Positions 12,181-26,286 of a DNA stretch of 64,000 bases are shown one piece after another; within the stretch, counting starts at the first letter, position 1, and the number at the start of each line of letters is the position of its first letter. This DNA is from Eledone cirrhosa (taxonomy: Eukaryota): contig OZ024740.1 in NCBI GenBank assembly GCA_964016885.1, forward strand, positions 380,060,001 to 380,124,000, written 5' to 3'. A program made the position numbers and the translations under genes. A model generated the notes under the pieces. That model did no database searches and was not told the origin of the DNA. It saw only the letters and a program-made list of their open reading frames with translations.

Positions 12181-14649
12181 ATATATATATAGTGTTTTTC
12201 GAAATATTTACTTCTGCGTTCACAGATTGATTTTTTTAGTTTCAGAAGATCCCGTTAAGGATGAAAGCAGCGATTCTTTGCTTAAACTTTAATCTGTTAT
12301 TTTAATATATATATATAATTATATATTCGTGTCCAGATATTTTTGCATACACAATAACAAAATATAAACAAACGTATTTATTTCACGAGGCTCGATAAGG
12401 ATAAATATATATCAAATATATAAGAACCCTAGGGAAAATCCCGAGCAACGCCGGGCCATTCTGCTAGTTGAATACTATTTCTAAATTATTTCTAAAAGGG
12501 CAGAGTAATTTGTGTTTTAGCTGATAGCAGTGAACATATATATAATTTTGTTAACGTTGATCGAAACAGAAATGGTTCGTGTTATTGAAACCTTCATACA
12601 TGTTTGTGTAAGCTATGGTAGTAGTGTTGTGCTTAAGTGTAATGGTGTGAATCTCTATTGCAATGAGGTATATGTTCATTGGTAATCTTAAACATGAATT
12701 GTTCTAGGATTTCGTAAGGTCGGTGTAGTAACGTCGGTGGAAGTTTTGTTGGGTTCTAAAATTGTGATGATTTATGTTAGTTTTCAGCTTCTGAGCATTC
12801 AATAATCTCGATATTCCAGTTTGAAAACATTGGTGAGTGCAGTTATTTTTTTCAAGCCCTTGATGTTTTAGGCGTAGGCTTGTAATTTAAACTGTCTCAG
12901 GTAATTCACAGTTTTTACTCTATTTTCTTGTTGCTTTGCTGGGATCTGATGAATGGAAAAAGTAATGTTTTCTGATTTAAGGGGAAATATATATAATTCA
13001 CGGTTAATGTTCCTTTCTTCTTTGCGTGTGGAGTCTGGTGGCTGGTTGTGGAAAAGATTTCGGTAAATGTATTTGCATCTCACTTAAAGTTGATGTTACA
13101 TTATGTGTGGTGTGGCTGTTACTAGAGTTGTTAATGTTGCTAACTACTTTGGATATTGTCGTATCTCTTTGGACAAATGGTTGCCAGAGTTTTGCATCAT
13201 ATTTCCTTCTTTAGTTGATTGATGTTGGGTTTAATTTCTGTTGTATTCCATTTTGTGTGTTGTATTTGAAGTTATCTGATGTTTTGATTAGGTTGGCTAA
13301 TGTTGCAAAACTGGGTTATAAATTTTAATGTTGATTAGTGAAATGCTTTTTCCGTGGGGTGGTGGGTATAACTTCAGTTATGTTGTAGAAGGTACGTACA
13401 ATGCCTATGTAGGTGATATGGTATGTCATATACAATCTCTGTGCAGGTGGTGTAAAATATATGTACAACGTCTATGCAAGCAATTGTGATCATGTTTCTT
13501 TTGCGAATTTTGGTTCAGTGCCTTGTTGTAAATGATTCCACCGAGCTCTTTTGAGGTTTGCGGAATGATTTTGTTTTGTTCAATGTTGTGTGATTCTGTT
13601 GTGATAAATGTGAGTACATGGTCAGAGTATTGTTGGAGATTTGTATGCCATGTAGTTGATATGGTTAGATGTTTTGAAAGAATTTACTGTAGATAAGTTA
13701 GGTAAGTTATTAGCATGTTAATGTGGAATGTAAAGAGAGTTTAGTAATAATATTATTGTTTCACCTCTTATGTTATATGTTTGTATCAGGTTGTGTTGCG
13801 TGCATTAAAGGCTCTACCAAGTATAGTGTTTCGGAAAGTGTTAAAGTGTTGTATTTAAGGGATGTAATCTGATGGTATTTTGTATATGTTCACGTCAATC
13901 TGTTTCATAGAATTTTGTTTAATTTTAATTCTTTAATTTTGAAGATTTAGTATATTGCTGTTCTTCGTTGGTGTTTGAGCAACTCTTGTCTTTTCTGTGT
14001 AATGCAGGTTGGATTTGATATACATTACAATGCCTAAAGTGTGGAATATTCTGTGCTATCAGTTTCCGAATTAGTTTGGGACTCGAGGTGTTTTGTGTTT
14101 GGGATTTAGTAGTATTTCCTTAGTATTGCAATGTGAATGATTTATGTGACGGTGAATATAAAACATTAAGAATATATTAGTTTTCTAAGTTTGTAATGTT
14201 ATATTGATTAATGGTAAAACGTTTTTGTTTATCTGGTATACAGATTGTTGTTATTTAGTTCCAGGTATGATCTGATAGAGTAAAAATATGATCAAAATTG
14301 TATATCCTATTTGTATTATGGTGTAGGGTGGGAATTAAGATAGAATTCACTGCCGCAGTGACGCCAAAGTGTACCCTCATTGCTTCAGCGTCCCCATTTA
14401 GCTCATATGCATATGTGATAATGGCAGTACTTCCAGTTATTATTGTCATGAGATTTACACTTTATTTACGTGAGATCTTTTCGTTTTTGACAATAAAAAA
14501 GTGTGGGGATGTATTTTGATGGGGTGTATCTGTCTTTCCAACGATTTTCTTATCCCTTTCATACATTGCCATCGCTTTCAGATTATAATCATGTGTAATA
14601 TTGGATCATGTTACCCTCTCCTCTTCTGTGTGACTAATGTGCGTCGATA

Positions 14650-15060
14650 GACTGGTTTTTCTTCCATGGTCACCATGATTTCGTTTTTAAGCTTCTATAT
14701 TCAGATCTATATACATTGATTTTTAGGGCAGGAGGGATGTTTGTTTGCTATTTCTAATAAGTCATGGGACCATGTTGAAAGTATCACAGATCATTTCTAT
14801 GTATATAGCTCCATTTACTGCTGAATAAGGTAGACTTATAAGGTTAAAAGTTTCGGAGTATAGACTGAAGGTGATTTCATATCTACAGCTGTTGCATAAT
14901 GTACAATTAACTTCGTAAGGATAACACCAGTGGACACCTTGTAATATTTTATTGAATTTACTTTTGTTTTTGCTTTTAATCAATTATGTGACTGTTATTG
15001 AATTTATGTAAAAATGAAATTTAGAGACCTAATTAAAATTTGGGATTGTTAAGTATATTG
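14650..15060 (-). pseudogene. Possible decayed PLE GIY-YIG endonuclease
   Basis: STGVI..YEVNCTLCNSCRYEIT resembles GVVY.I.C..C...YIGET. Confidence 0.35.
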
Positions 15061-16359
15061 TAATTGGTATTTGAAAGCAGTTTTTTTATTCAACAGAATT
15101 TATTCACGCCTCTGATTAATATTTTATGAGAAAAGAATGCACACAGTTTTGCTTGAGTGTCATTTAATGATAATATTTAGAAAAAAGGATTTTTTTGTTG
15201 TTCTTTAGTCCTAGGTACGCTCTAATCAATGACATTCTATGTGCCCTCGTTTACTCTTCAGACAAAGTGTATTAAATTATCCAATGTGTCATTCTTGTTT
15301 ATAACGATACGGTGAAATTTGAAAGATTTATTTGATAATTGTACCATTATATTAACGCTGTGGGTTAAATGTACAAATAGAGAAAGTTCCATTAATTTCA
15401 TGTTCCCTTAGTGGATGTTTTGTTCTTATATTCCTCTTAATATTTATTTGCATTAGCCTATTTTGCTCAAAGGTTTTCACACCATCACATATTTTTGAAC
15501 GCCACGTGGAGCGATCCACTAGGAGACTTTCCAGATTTCTGGGATCAATGCCTACATTCTATAAGTTCTACTTCAATGTATTCTTGAGATTTTTCTTTGA
15601 CTTACTCTGCTTTCTTTTTACTATAACAAGTTCCCATGAAATAGTTTATATATATATAAAATAGAATTTTATAAGTATATGGGAACACCTAGCAGAACAA
15701 AAACAAGAGTAAACAAAGGGCAGATGAACTCCACAGAATCAACAGACATTGACCCCAAATATTGATTAAATAGCCTCACCAACCTGCAATTGGACGAGTG
15801 TGGTGAGTACGGCCACATTACCTGGAGAGGTGATGCGATCCTCGTAACTTGGCTAGTCACTGGACACATAGCTGCGGGGGTTGAAAGCGGTGTGGTATGG
15901 TCGGTTTCACGAGCACGGATGAGGGCAGCTTGGATCAAGGTGAGGGGTTATACACACTGTATGAAGTGGGAGGCTATGTGAAGGGTATGTGTTTCAAAAG
16001 CGTGTTCCTGGCTACAGAGCCGACGAAGACTGAGGTATTGGGGTATGGAGAGTTTGGTTTTTGGTTGGATGGAAGGAGATGAAGTTATGGTCTTTAATAG
16101 AGATCCTAGGTGTCCAGTCGTCAATTTTTAGGTCTGTCATTACCTTCTTAGCCTAACTGTTTATGTGTGTGAGGTTTTCGTGTGATGTGGTTTTCTAATA
16201 TTTCCTTTTTAATGCAGTCTGGTGAGCTATTGATTCCAAAGTCGGGTCCGATCGATACGAATCGTACCCTGAGCTGATCAATCGCAAATCACACGTGACA
16301 CCTGAATAAAGTTAATGATGATACTTAGACACCCCTTTCCTACTCATTATTATTATTAA

Positions 16360-16548
16360 GGGGCGGTGGATTGGCAGTATCGGTAGAGGGTGGGACGCCA
16401 TGCTTTCCAGCATAGTTACGGCACTTTATGATCTGAGTTCAAATCCCGCCGAGGTTAACTTTGCTTTTCGGGGTCGATAAAATAAAGTACCACTAATGCA
16501 CCGGGTAATTGGTGGCCTTGTGCCCAAAAGTAGAAACATTTATTATTA
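16360..16548 (+). mobile_element. tRNA-derived SINE, family A
   Basis: TGGCAG..TCGGTAGAG A-box-like, GAGTTCAAATCCC B-box, GGGGTCGATAAAATAAAGTACC core; homologous copies at 31114, 49295 and 56797. Confidence 0.8.
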
Positions 16549-16657
16549 ACATTCTGCTTCTGAAGGAGACCGACCATAGTATAACTCTACCTACTATACT
16601 AAAACGGACACACCTATGCATAGAGTACTCACGTTGGCGAATCAATAGTAATGTAAA

Positions 16658-16766
<109 letters not shown>

Positions 16767-18051
16767 CGTGCGTGTGTGTGTGTGTGTGTGTGCGTGTGCG
16801 TGCATGTGTGTGTCTGTGTGTGTATTTATGTCATGTCAAAAATACCTTGGGTTCATCATAATAATCGTTCAAGAAACCAAGTATATTGTTAATAAACTAG
16901 TTATAAAGCTGAAATGACACACTTCCATATAGAATCAAATCAATTTAATTGGAAGAAGCTGAACCATTTGGGTCGGGGAAACGAAGTTTAAAAAAATTTA
17001 TAAATGCCTGAAAATATAGGATTTTTATATATTTCCATTTACATCAATGATCTATGATTTGTTTTAGAGAAATCATCAATCGTGCTGTTGTTGTTACTGA
17101 TAGCGCCCAAGTCAGTGCAGAATGAACAAGCATATGAATAAATAGATTCTAGCTTCACAACAACCTCTTACTGTGTATAGTGTACTACATTCTACAATAT
17201 ATCCTTCTTTATTTAAAATAGCAAAGTGCGGTCCGATGATGATCTGGCTGCTGTTTCTCGTATATCAATGGACCATATAAAGGCTCATTCAATGGTTTCT
17301 ATGCACTGGGCTTGATAGAATAAATGAGGACAATGTTTTGAGTTCACGTTGAATTGTTGTTACACAGAAGAAACTGGAAGGGAAAATATATTCATTTTAA
17401 CCCTATTCGCGTAAAAGTCATTCTTAAAATTCTTCCGTTCACGGTTCAATATTGGCAGTAGGCCACCCACAATATCTCCTACCAATAACAACATAGAGGA
17501 TTTAGAACTGTAATAACAATAAATGTTACGGTGCATTAGGCTGTATAATCCTGTTTAAGCAATAGCAGTGTCCTCTCGCGTGTGTGGTAACTCCCACTTT
17601 GGGAACCATCAGTATAGATTCATGCAGGCTTCAGATTTACATTTTGATGATGGATACTTTTTGTTCGTGTTTAACATTATCGATTAGTTTATCATGCGTT
17701 AAGTAACATACTATCGAAATAACGGTGCGTTCAGAAAATATCGTTACGTTAACTTGACAAATGGGTTTGCTTTGCATGCTAGCATATTATTAGCTAACAT
17801 GCAATTGATTTATTTCTTATAGAATGACGCCGAATCGTTGCTGCTGTCATTATTGCTGAACAAAGTTTATTGCTTCTGTGGATGACATTTTTTTCCATAC
17901 AATCAGAACACCCTTTATTTAAATCCTTACTCTTTAATTTGTTCGGAAATTCCAATCAAATCTTTAACTGTCTAACAAGAACTCGCAGTTGCACACCAAA
18001 TTCTCTAACATTTCCCAAACCTTCTATTTCTTTATTACCCCCCCCCCTCTC

Positions 18052-18114
<63 letters not shown>

Positions 18115-18920
18115 CTCTCTCTCTCTTTCTCTGTCCTTCTCTCTCTCTCTCACTCTCTCCCTCTTTATATATATATGTGTGTGTGGAGATAGGTGTGTGC
18201 ATGCGGTCGTGTGTGTGTGCGCGCGCGCCTGTGTGCACATGCACCTTTATGCGTAAGTAGGTTTCAACCATCAGATGCATGTTTAATTAAACAAACGGTT
18301 TTGAGGTTTACCGTTAATATTCTTTAACAGTGCATATCCTAAGTATAATACATTTTCTATCCCCAAGAAAGATATGCTATATTCAGAATAATGTTTGTGG
18401 TTGGAAGAGCACGCTAGTAAGTATACGTTCCAACACTTAATGTGGCGAGCGAGATAATTGATATTAAACATGCAGGAAAAAGAGGGTAAACATTGTTAAA
18501 CAATATCGAACTGAACAGAACCAAACAAGGGGGTACATGTAAAAATCAAAAAGAGAAAAAATCAAAATAAGTCGAGCTCAATCCTAATGAATGTAAATTG
18601 GAAAGAGATAATGTGATGAGTGTAATGATTTTCTGGATTTTTCTATATACAGTAACAACTGCAGGCATTTAAAATTCAAGCTTAGAACATAAAATCATTA
18701 AAGACATTGTTCGCACAAAATCGAAAAAAAAAAAAAAACATATTAAAAGATTTTCCCCCCTGACCGACTATTCATCTGGATTATCCCCTCCTGTCATCCT
18801 CAATCGTAAACCATTCTTGATTTCCTGAAATTATCTCCCCATATCTTATGGGGCTGCTAACAACTACTAATACGGGTTTGTTTAAGGAACTTTTAATACA
18901 TTAAGAACTACACACATACA

Positions 18921-19030
<110 letters not shown>

Positions 19031-19399
19031 CACACACACATATTTAATTCCAAGCTATATATTTGTATATTTTCATGATAAGTTCCGGAATACAATGTTT
19101 ATAACCGATCTACTGATTGGGTTCAATCACCAATCATCGATCTTATTAACAAACTTTATCAAGACCAAGAAATATCAATCACCAGTAAGTGTTTAAGGTA
19201 TTTTTTGAAGAGGGAAACGTTAAGAAATTATTTTTGGAAAATATAAATACAAACGAAAGACACACAACTCTAGAGCCTTCAGCCGTTGAGATGGACTTTG
19301 GCAGTTTCGACCACTTTCCCAACAGTACTTCTTGTCCAATCGGGGTCACAGCGTCTGACACAAGCCAAAATGTTGGCCATGGAGTAAGAGACATAGCAA

Positions 19400-19484
<85 letters not shown>

Positions 19485-19551
19485 AAGGTTTAGTAAATAA
19501 TGAAAAAGTTTCAAAATAAATTTTAAAAAATTGACTTTACCTACTATAGTT

Positions 19552-19635
19552 ACCTTTACCGATCGGTTTCGAATCCCAAAAATAAAACGGAGACCATACG
19601 GCCTTCGTTGCAAAGAAAGATTCTCGTCAGAAGGT
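19552..19635 (-). ncRNA. Type I hammerhead ribozyme, copy 1 of the 483-bp unit
   Basis: ACCTT-CTGACGA-GAATC...GATTC-GAAA-CCGATCGG-TA-AAGGT. Confidence 0.85.
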
Positions 19636-20034
19636 TCTTTTCATTCAAAGAATATAAAATTCCTGAATTTAAATCACAAACTAGCGCTATCAAAAACTGT
19701 TCCTGGGATGAGTGTGGGTGATGTAGAACAGGTTTATCAAGAGCCGTAGCAAAGATAGAGGCAAAAGGAGGTAGGTCAAACTAGCCACAGCTATTGCTAG
19801 CAGCAGTCGGAACGACCAAATTTGTTCTCAACGTTAGTGGAGGTAGTAGTAATAGGAAATACGTTCCTTCACGCACAAGGCGCCAAGGTACGCATGTATT
19901 GTCCAACCAAATGCCAGTGTGGTTCAATGGCGGGTTAATAAATTAACGAGCCAGAACAAATATAAACAAGGTTTAGTAAATAATGAAAAAGTTTCAAAAT
20001 AAATTTTAAAAAATTGACTTTACCTACTATAGTT

Positions 20035-20118
20035 ACCTTTACCGATCGGTTTCGAATCCCAAAAATAAAACGGAGACCATACGGCCTTCGTTGCAAAGAA
20101 AGATTCTCGTCAGAAGGT
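20035..20118 (-). ncRNA. Type I hammerhead ribozyme, copy 2 of the 483-bp unit
   Basis: Identical to 19552-19635. Confidence 0.85.
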
Positions 20119-20564
20119 TCTTTTCATTCAAAGAATATAAAATTCCTGAATTTAAATCACAAACTAGCGCTATCAAAAACTGTTCCTGGGATGAGAGTGG
20201 GTGATGTAGAACAGGTTTATCAAGAGCCGTAGCAAAGATAGAGGCAAAAGGAGGTAGGTCAAACTAGCCACAGCTATTGCTAGCAGCAGTCGGAACGACC
20301 AAATTTGTTCTCAACGTTAGTGGAGGTAGTAGTAATAGGAAATACGTTCCTTCACGCACAAGGCGCCAAGGTACGCATGTATTGTCCAACCAAATGCCAG
20401 TGTGGTTCAATGGCGGGTTAATAAATTAACGAGCCAGAACAAATATAAACAAGGTTTAGTAAATAATGAAAAAGTTTCAAAATAAATTTTAAAAAATTGA
20501 CTTTACCTACTATAGTTACCTTTACCGATCGGTTTCGAATCCCATGAAGGAACGTATTTCCTAT

Positions 20565-20608
<44 letters not shown>

Positions 20609-21999
20609 ATGTCTGTGCGCGCGCGCGGTGTATGTTTGTATGTGTGTATGTATGTGTGTACATATGTGTATGTTTATGAGAGTGTGCGTGTTTGTGTGTT
20701 TGTGTGTGTGTGAAAATATGTTTGCGTACATCGGTCGACGTGCCTGAAAAGGTGCTCAGCTGCTTGTTTGTTTTGCATTTCTAGATAGTACAAGAAAATC
20801 CATTCTTAAATATATATTAATGATCGGCAACATATTTCTAACTCTGAAAACTTGATAACAATCTGGTTGTGTGTATTTAGAGCAATACAGAGACTTAACT
20901 AAAGTATTTCTTTGATAATAAATGTTCCACATTACGTAACGTCGTTATTTCGCTTAGCTTTGCGTTTGGCAGAATATTTGTATTGTAGTTAAGTAATTCG
21001 TCAATTGAATTGATTAGTCAGTAAGGTTTTCTTTATATAAGAGCGAGTTGTGTAAATACTTCGAACTCGTCGTAAACAAAATAGCGAATGCCTTACACCG
21101 TAAAATGGCGATGGGTGTATCGTAAAAGTGACATACCATCATGTGGGGCTTATTCTTACAACCATTTCTGACCCAATATAATTAATTATGGGGCTGTTTC
21201 GGGATTCACGGCACCACCTGATGTTTCAACCACTATAAGTTCCAAAAGAAACCCACCGAAGAGCAACCGGTTCTTTGTTTCACCATCGTTAGATGCCAAC
21301 CGTTCCCATTAAATGAAATTAGGGTTTTTACACATTTTATTGTAAAGTTACTGCTTTAACGTTCTCAATGTTCTGGATCCAACGGTTCCAGTTGCAATAG
21401 AAAATCGACTGAGTTCAAATTATGTGATTATATCATTAAGAGCTGCATGCCGAATGAAATTGATGACACCGAGGCGTCAAGACAACAGGTGGAATCCAAA
21501 AAACATGTAATTTGGATCCGCAACGGCATTTGTGTCTCTCGCAAAATGGAGATCCAAAGCGGAGTGAATCACCGAGTCAGATACAACCGGTATTCAGCTT
21601 TGCATCCGTGGATCATGAGAATAAGTCGTTCAACTATAGGGTGGTAGAGGTGAAGCTGAAACATGCAGCTGATGCTGGTCTAGCGAATGTGTAAGGTGTT
21701 TTTCAGATTTGCAGCACTGAATGGTATACCGTTTCTTTTGGACACATTGAAGGCTGAATTTGCTCCAAGCCTCAAAGACACCATCGTATGATGAGACCAT
21801 GACCAGATGCTTTTGATGGGTTTTAACTTTGGCATGCAAGCATGCTGATAAGACATTTATAACTCAGAAGCAAGAGTAGCATGTGTTACAACATCAGACA
21901 TTCAAGGACCCTGCTTCAAATACTTGCAATCTGTCATTTCCGATTCAGTGATTTTGCATTTGCTTTATTACTATTGTACAACACTGCCATTACATTTTA

Positions 22000-22900
22000 T
22001 GAATGACTAGGTTTTTAAGGTTAATCCAATACTTGAAATAAGTCTGATATCCAATGCACTTTAAATTGAACAAATTAAAATAATCAAATTGAATGGCGAC
22101 GGAAAATCGACTGCCTTGCTATTCCATTTTTGTCGGATACTAACTCGTGCCATTATATTTTTCTATATCAATGCATTACACTTTCATCATCTAATAACTG
22201 AGATTTATCATTATTTTTCTCATAAATTTCAGCAACCAACGAATTAGATTGTGACTAATGCATTATAGACATCTTAATGTTAACCTTCCTCATAAATGAA
22301 ATCAGGATTTCTAAACATTTTATTCTGATCAGTTTCTGCTTTGACCTTTCGATGTTAAGCAAGATTATAGACCTGAAAAATAAATTTACCTTATATTAGG
22401 CAACCTGTTAGTCGTCATAAATAGATATATTAGGTAAATTCTTTTTGTGGTCAGCTTACATAATTGATTGGTTACCAGGGTTTGTATGTTTCTGTTATAT
22501 CGGATATGTTGGCATCTAGTAGATATTCGTTATTGAACGTCATTCCGCCCGGAATTGTCAGTTCAAAACAGTCGTATACTTTCGGAACTTTGAGGAGTTG
22601 GAGTCTTACTTGGGTTTTCCTGAGAATGTTAAATATTTTACTACCTCTAAGTAATCTATTTCCAGAACTAACCATATAATGATCTCAAATATGTCGTCTA
22701 GCAGATTAATATCAAGTTTCCGATAAAATAATATATGGCAACACTCTTCTGTTCATTTCAAATCACCCCCTCTCTGCGCTAGCTGGTCCATACATAGGTT
22801 CTTCAAATATGCACATGAAGCGCTCAAAATAATAGTTCTAATTTTCTGCAAACCCCATTTAAATCCGTCACCCATAAGTTTATAGATGCATATTTTCGTT
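22000..22900 (-). pseudogene. Decayed protein-primed family B DNA polymerase (Polinton/Maverick or adintovirus-like)
   Basis: YRKLDINLLDDIFE (22684-22725) then LRKTQVRLQLLKVPKVYDCFELTIPGGMTFNNEYLLDAN, matching Y..DV.LL.DVFE and LK.T.V.LELL....Y.F.E..IRGG......Y..AN. Confidence 0.6.
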
Positions 22901-23399
22901 TATAGATGCATATTTCACTGAAAATGCTTTCCACTGCGATTAATAATGAATACAGGCGTCAGTAGTACTTAAGGTCATTATGCATCTAAAAGTACAAACG
23001 TAAACTGAACGAAGTGCAAGAAAGATGACACCAACATCTGATATTCAAAAGAAACACGTAAAATTGACAGAATATTTTTCATGTTTATGGCTATAGTGAT
23101 GGTGTTATAACAACTCGAGTTGGGTATATGGGAAAAACTTGCGACAGAAGACATACGGTACCAGCCAGTGCCCATTAAATGTGAAAGAAATGAAAAGGAA
23201 AATTCTATAATAATATTGGTAAATTACCAAACAATCTAGATGATTGTGATCGTAAATATTGAATAGCCAGTGGAAGAGCTGAATGCCAACATGGTAATTG
23301 AGTCTTTTCTTCAATCATGCGATTATATGACAATGAAATAAAACTTCGGCATTGTTGGAAGTTTTATTTCACGTATGTTCATAAATCTACTAACAAGTA

Positions 23400-24150
23400 A
23401 CATGCGAGACATTCATTATGCCATTCAGAAAATATAGGAAATATTCTATTTCTCATTCACGCTTATGACCCCAGGATGTTCATCAATGTTTAGTTCAGAG
23501 GATTTTAATGACTGAAACAATACAAGTAATCTATTAGGTCAACACAAAGAAATTTCATCGCCTAGAAAAACTTTACTTTCACTGTTGATGCACTCAAACA
23601 AAAGTAAACGTGTCGATTCCTAACCTGTGGAAAAAATGGAGACTGAACAAAATTATTGGTGCGCAATGTTAGAGCGAATGATTAGATAAAATGTTTGTCA
23701 AAACAAGGCCCTTTATATCCTTGTAGTGATGAAATAGTTGAGTTTCATCGAAATGGAAATTTACTAGGGCTGCTCAAATATTGGCTACATTTGATCTTTT
23801 TCCTTACAAAACATAAACACATGCGAACAAACATTAAGGGCATAAGTTACATATAAAACAATATACGAGAAATTCTCCAATCTGATTTGATTCGAAGGAC
23901 TGGATCACATTATCTGTGAAGAGATGACATGTAATTATATTGTTTCACTGGATTCTACAGAAACTATATTGAATGAGAATTAGCTGACCATTCCTATGCA
24001 CTGGGTTTTTCCGTGAGAACTAATTGAAAGTTCGCTCAATGTTGACTTTTATGGAAAAAAACATCGATATGAAATGCTAACTTGGTCAAAGTAATGAAAT
24101 TGTCAGCAACATGAATGCGAATGTTGAATGCGTTTACAAATTATATTTCA
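23400..24150 (+). pseudogene. Decayed hAT transposase (ZMYM1/DUF4371-like)
   Basis: Frameshifted remnants in the expected order: YW..ML.R, SDE...NGNLLGLL, ATFD, SLDST. Confidence 0.55.
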
Positions 24151-24582
24151 CGCTTTGATTATGGAATAATCTTGTTTGCAAAATGCGTTATTTAATGTTG
24201 TTAAGAATCATTTATTTCATTTGGGTTTATAATAACCAGTAACTATTCTGCGTGTGAGACCGGAGAATCGCAACTGCTTCAAATTATAATACCCACTCCA
24301 TATGCCCTCACAAATAAGGAAACCACAGAAGTGGACAAAGACAATAAACATTGCAGGTTTTATGTCTGTTTGTCGGATGGCCAGTAAACTCGAGTTCATC
24401 CACACTTTTACAGGCTCTACTGGCTTGTTTTATTGCCAGTAGCAGGTCTCTGATTATCAAATCTCTACCTGACGTAATATATAAATGCAGGAAAGCATAT
24501 GCTATGTTTATTGTATATAAACATATAATATATGTTTTCGTGTACACTATTATTATGCCAGACTCTGTCTTGATGCTATTGC

Positions 24583-24707
<125 letters not shown>

Positions 24708-24708
24708 T

Positions 24709-24756
<48 letters not shown>

Positions 24757-24979
24757 GCAACTTTACGATTCTGTGTGTCTGCCTAAAACTAGCAAACTAC
24801 CGGACCAAACTCCTCAAAATTACATGTACATATTCACTATACACTCGGGCAGGTAACAGTCGAAAAGGTTTTACTTTGCAAAGCAAGGAATTCATTTAAA
24901 TTCAATTTATCTAATTTTCTAATGAATATCAAAAGAGATCATCCATTTTGTTTTTTTATGTTCTCCAGTCTGTAGATAA

Positions 24980-25710
24980 GAGAGTGAGGGATGGAAGAGA
25001 GAAAGAGAGAGAGTAAGGAATGAGAGAGAAAGAGAGAGAGTGGGAGATGGGAGAGTGAGTAAGGGGATGAGAGAGAAAGAGAGAGAATAAGGGGATGTGA
25101 GAGAGAAAGAAAGAGATGAAGGGATGAGAGAGAAAGAGAGAGAGTGGGAGATGGGAGAGAGAGAGTAAGGGGATGTGAGAGAGAAAGAAAGAGAGTAAGG
25201 GATTAGAGAGAAAGAGAGAGAGTGGGAGATGGGAGAGAGAGTAAGGGGATATGAGAGAGAAAGAAAGAGAGTAAGAGGATGAGAGAGAAAGACAATGAAA
25301 GAGAGAGAGGGAAAGCTTCCAGCGCTGTTAACTTTTATTTATTTATTATTTTTACACACTTTTTAACTCTCCTGCTTCCTTAACGTTATTTATCTTTTCT
25401 TTATTTTTTGTTCTCTATTCTGTAGTGAAAGGGGGGATGTGAGAGAGAAAAAGAGAAAGAGAGAGAGAGTAATGGGATGGGAGAGAGAGGGAAAGCAGCC
25501 AGCGTTCATTATCTTTTATTTATTTATTATTTTTACACACTTCTTAACTCTCCCAATGTTATTTATCTTTTATTTATTTTTTGTTCGCTATTCTGTAGAG
25601 GATGAGAGAGAGAAAGAAAGAGAGGAGATGAGAAAGAGAAAGGGAGTGAGGCGGATGGGGAGAGAAAGACAATAAGAAAAGAGAAAAGATGGGAGAGAGA
25701 AAAGAAAGTA
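24980..25710. repeat. GA-rich degenerate tandem repeats and a roughly 110-bp duplication in the Helitron 5' region
   Basis: Repeated GAGAGAGAAAGAGAGAGAGT(G/A)GG units; 25300-25425 duplicated at about 25482-25598. Confidence 0.8.
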
Positions 25711-26286
25711 AAGGGATTCTTAACCTAACGTGTGTCCGCGTTTATATATATATTTACACACACATATATGTGTGTTATGGGGGGGGGGGGGGCGTTCTTT
25801 AGCAGACGATATATGTTACCATCAAAGCTTATTTTCTACATATGTCTAAAGAAATCACATATGCTTTTATAGAAGTTAAATATATGTATGTATTTAACAG
25901 ACAAAAGAAAAAAACGGTATTTTTAAAAGATATTATTTGAATATATTATTTTCCGCTGTTATTTGAATTAACACATACATTTTTTTTGTAGTGTTTGTCG
26001 TTTTTTTGGTGGGGGAGTTGGATAAAAAATGATAATTTCAGAGTAAAATCTGAAATCCCAATATTTTCTACATATGTCTAAAATTAATTACACCTAATAT
26101 ACATTAATATAAAGAGACCATTTAAAACAACTTTATTGAGTGATCAATACATTCTATAGTTGTTTCTATTTCGGAAAGAGTGTGGTGTGTGATAATTGTT
26201 TCTACTTTTGGCACAAGGCCAGCAATTATTCCAGTGCATTACTGGTACTTTATTTTATCGTGTGGTGTGTAATAATATCACTTCAA

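Larger units (their letters stand above)
11074..12467 (+). mobile_element. Non-autonomous Helitron containing a nested PLE fragment
   Basis: A|TC start, (GTCT)n near the 5' end, 3' hairpin CCCGAGCAACGCCGGG (12440-12455), CTAG|T end, no TSD. Confidence 0.85.
9900..14200 (-). pseudogene. Heavily decayed LINE (Jockey/I-like) ORF2, interrupted by a Helitron
   Basis: Minus-strand remnants: RTISVS near 12570; QLWIVKYITGRQSY restored across the Helitron insertion; PPWFFEP near 10130. Boundaries approximate. Confidence 0.5.
19481..20569 (-). repeat. Tandem array of 483-bp hammerhead-containing monomers (2.2 copies) plus 25-bp inverted tail
   Basis: AAACAAGGTTTAG recurs at 19481, 19964 and 20447; 20545-20569 is the reverse complement of 19847-19871; flanked by (AT)n. 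Confidence 0.95.

Noticed and set aside
19531-20232. Duplicated 72-aa ORFs in the 483-bp repeat
   Set aside because: Non-ATG start, no recognisable domain, antisense to the hammerhead.
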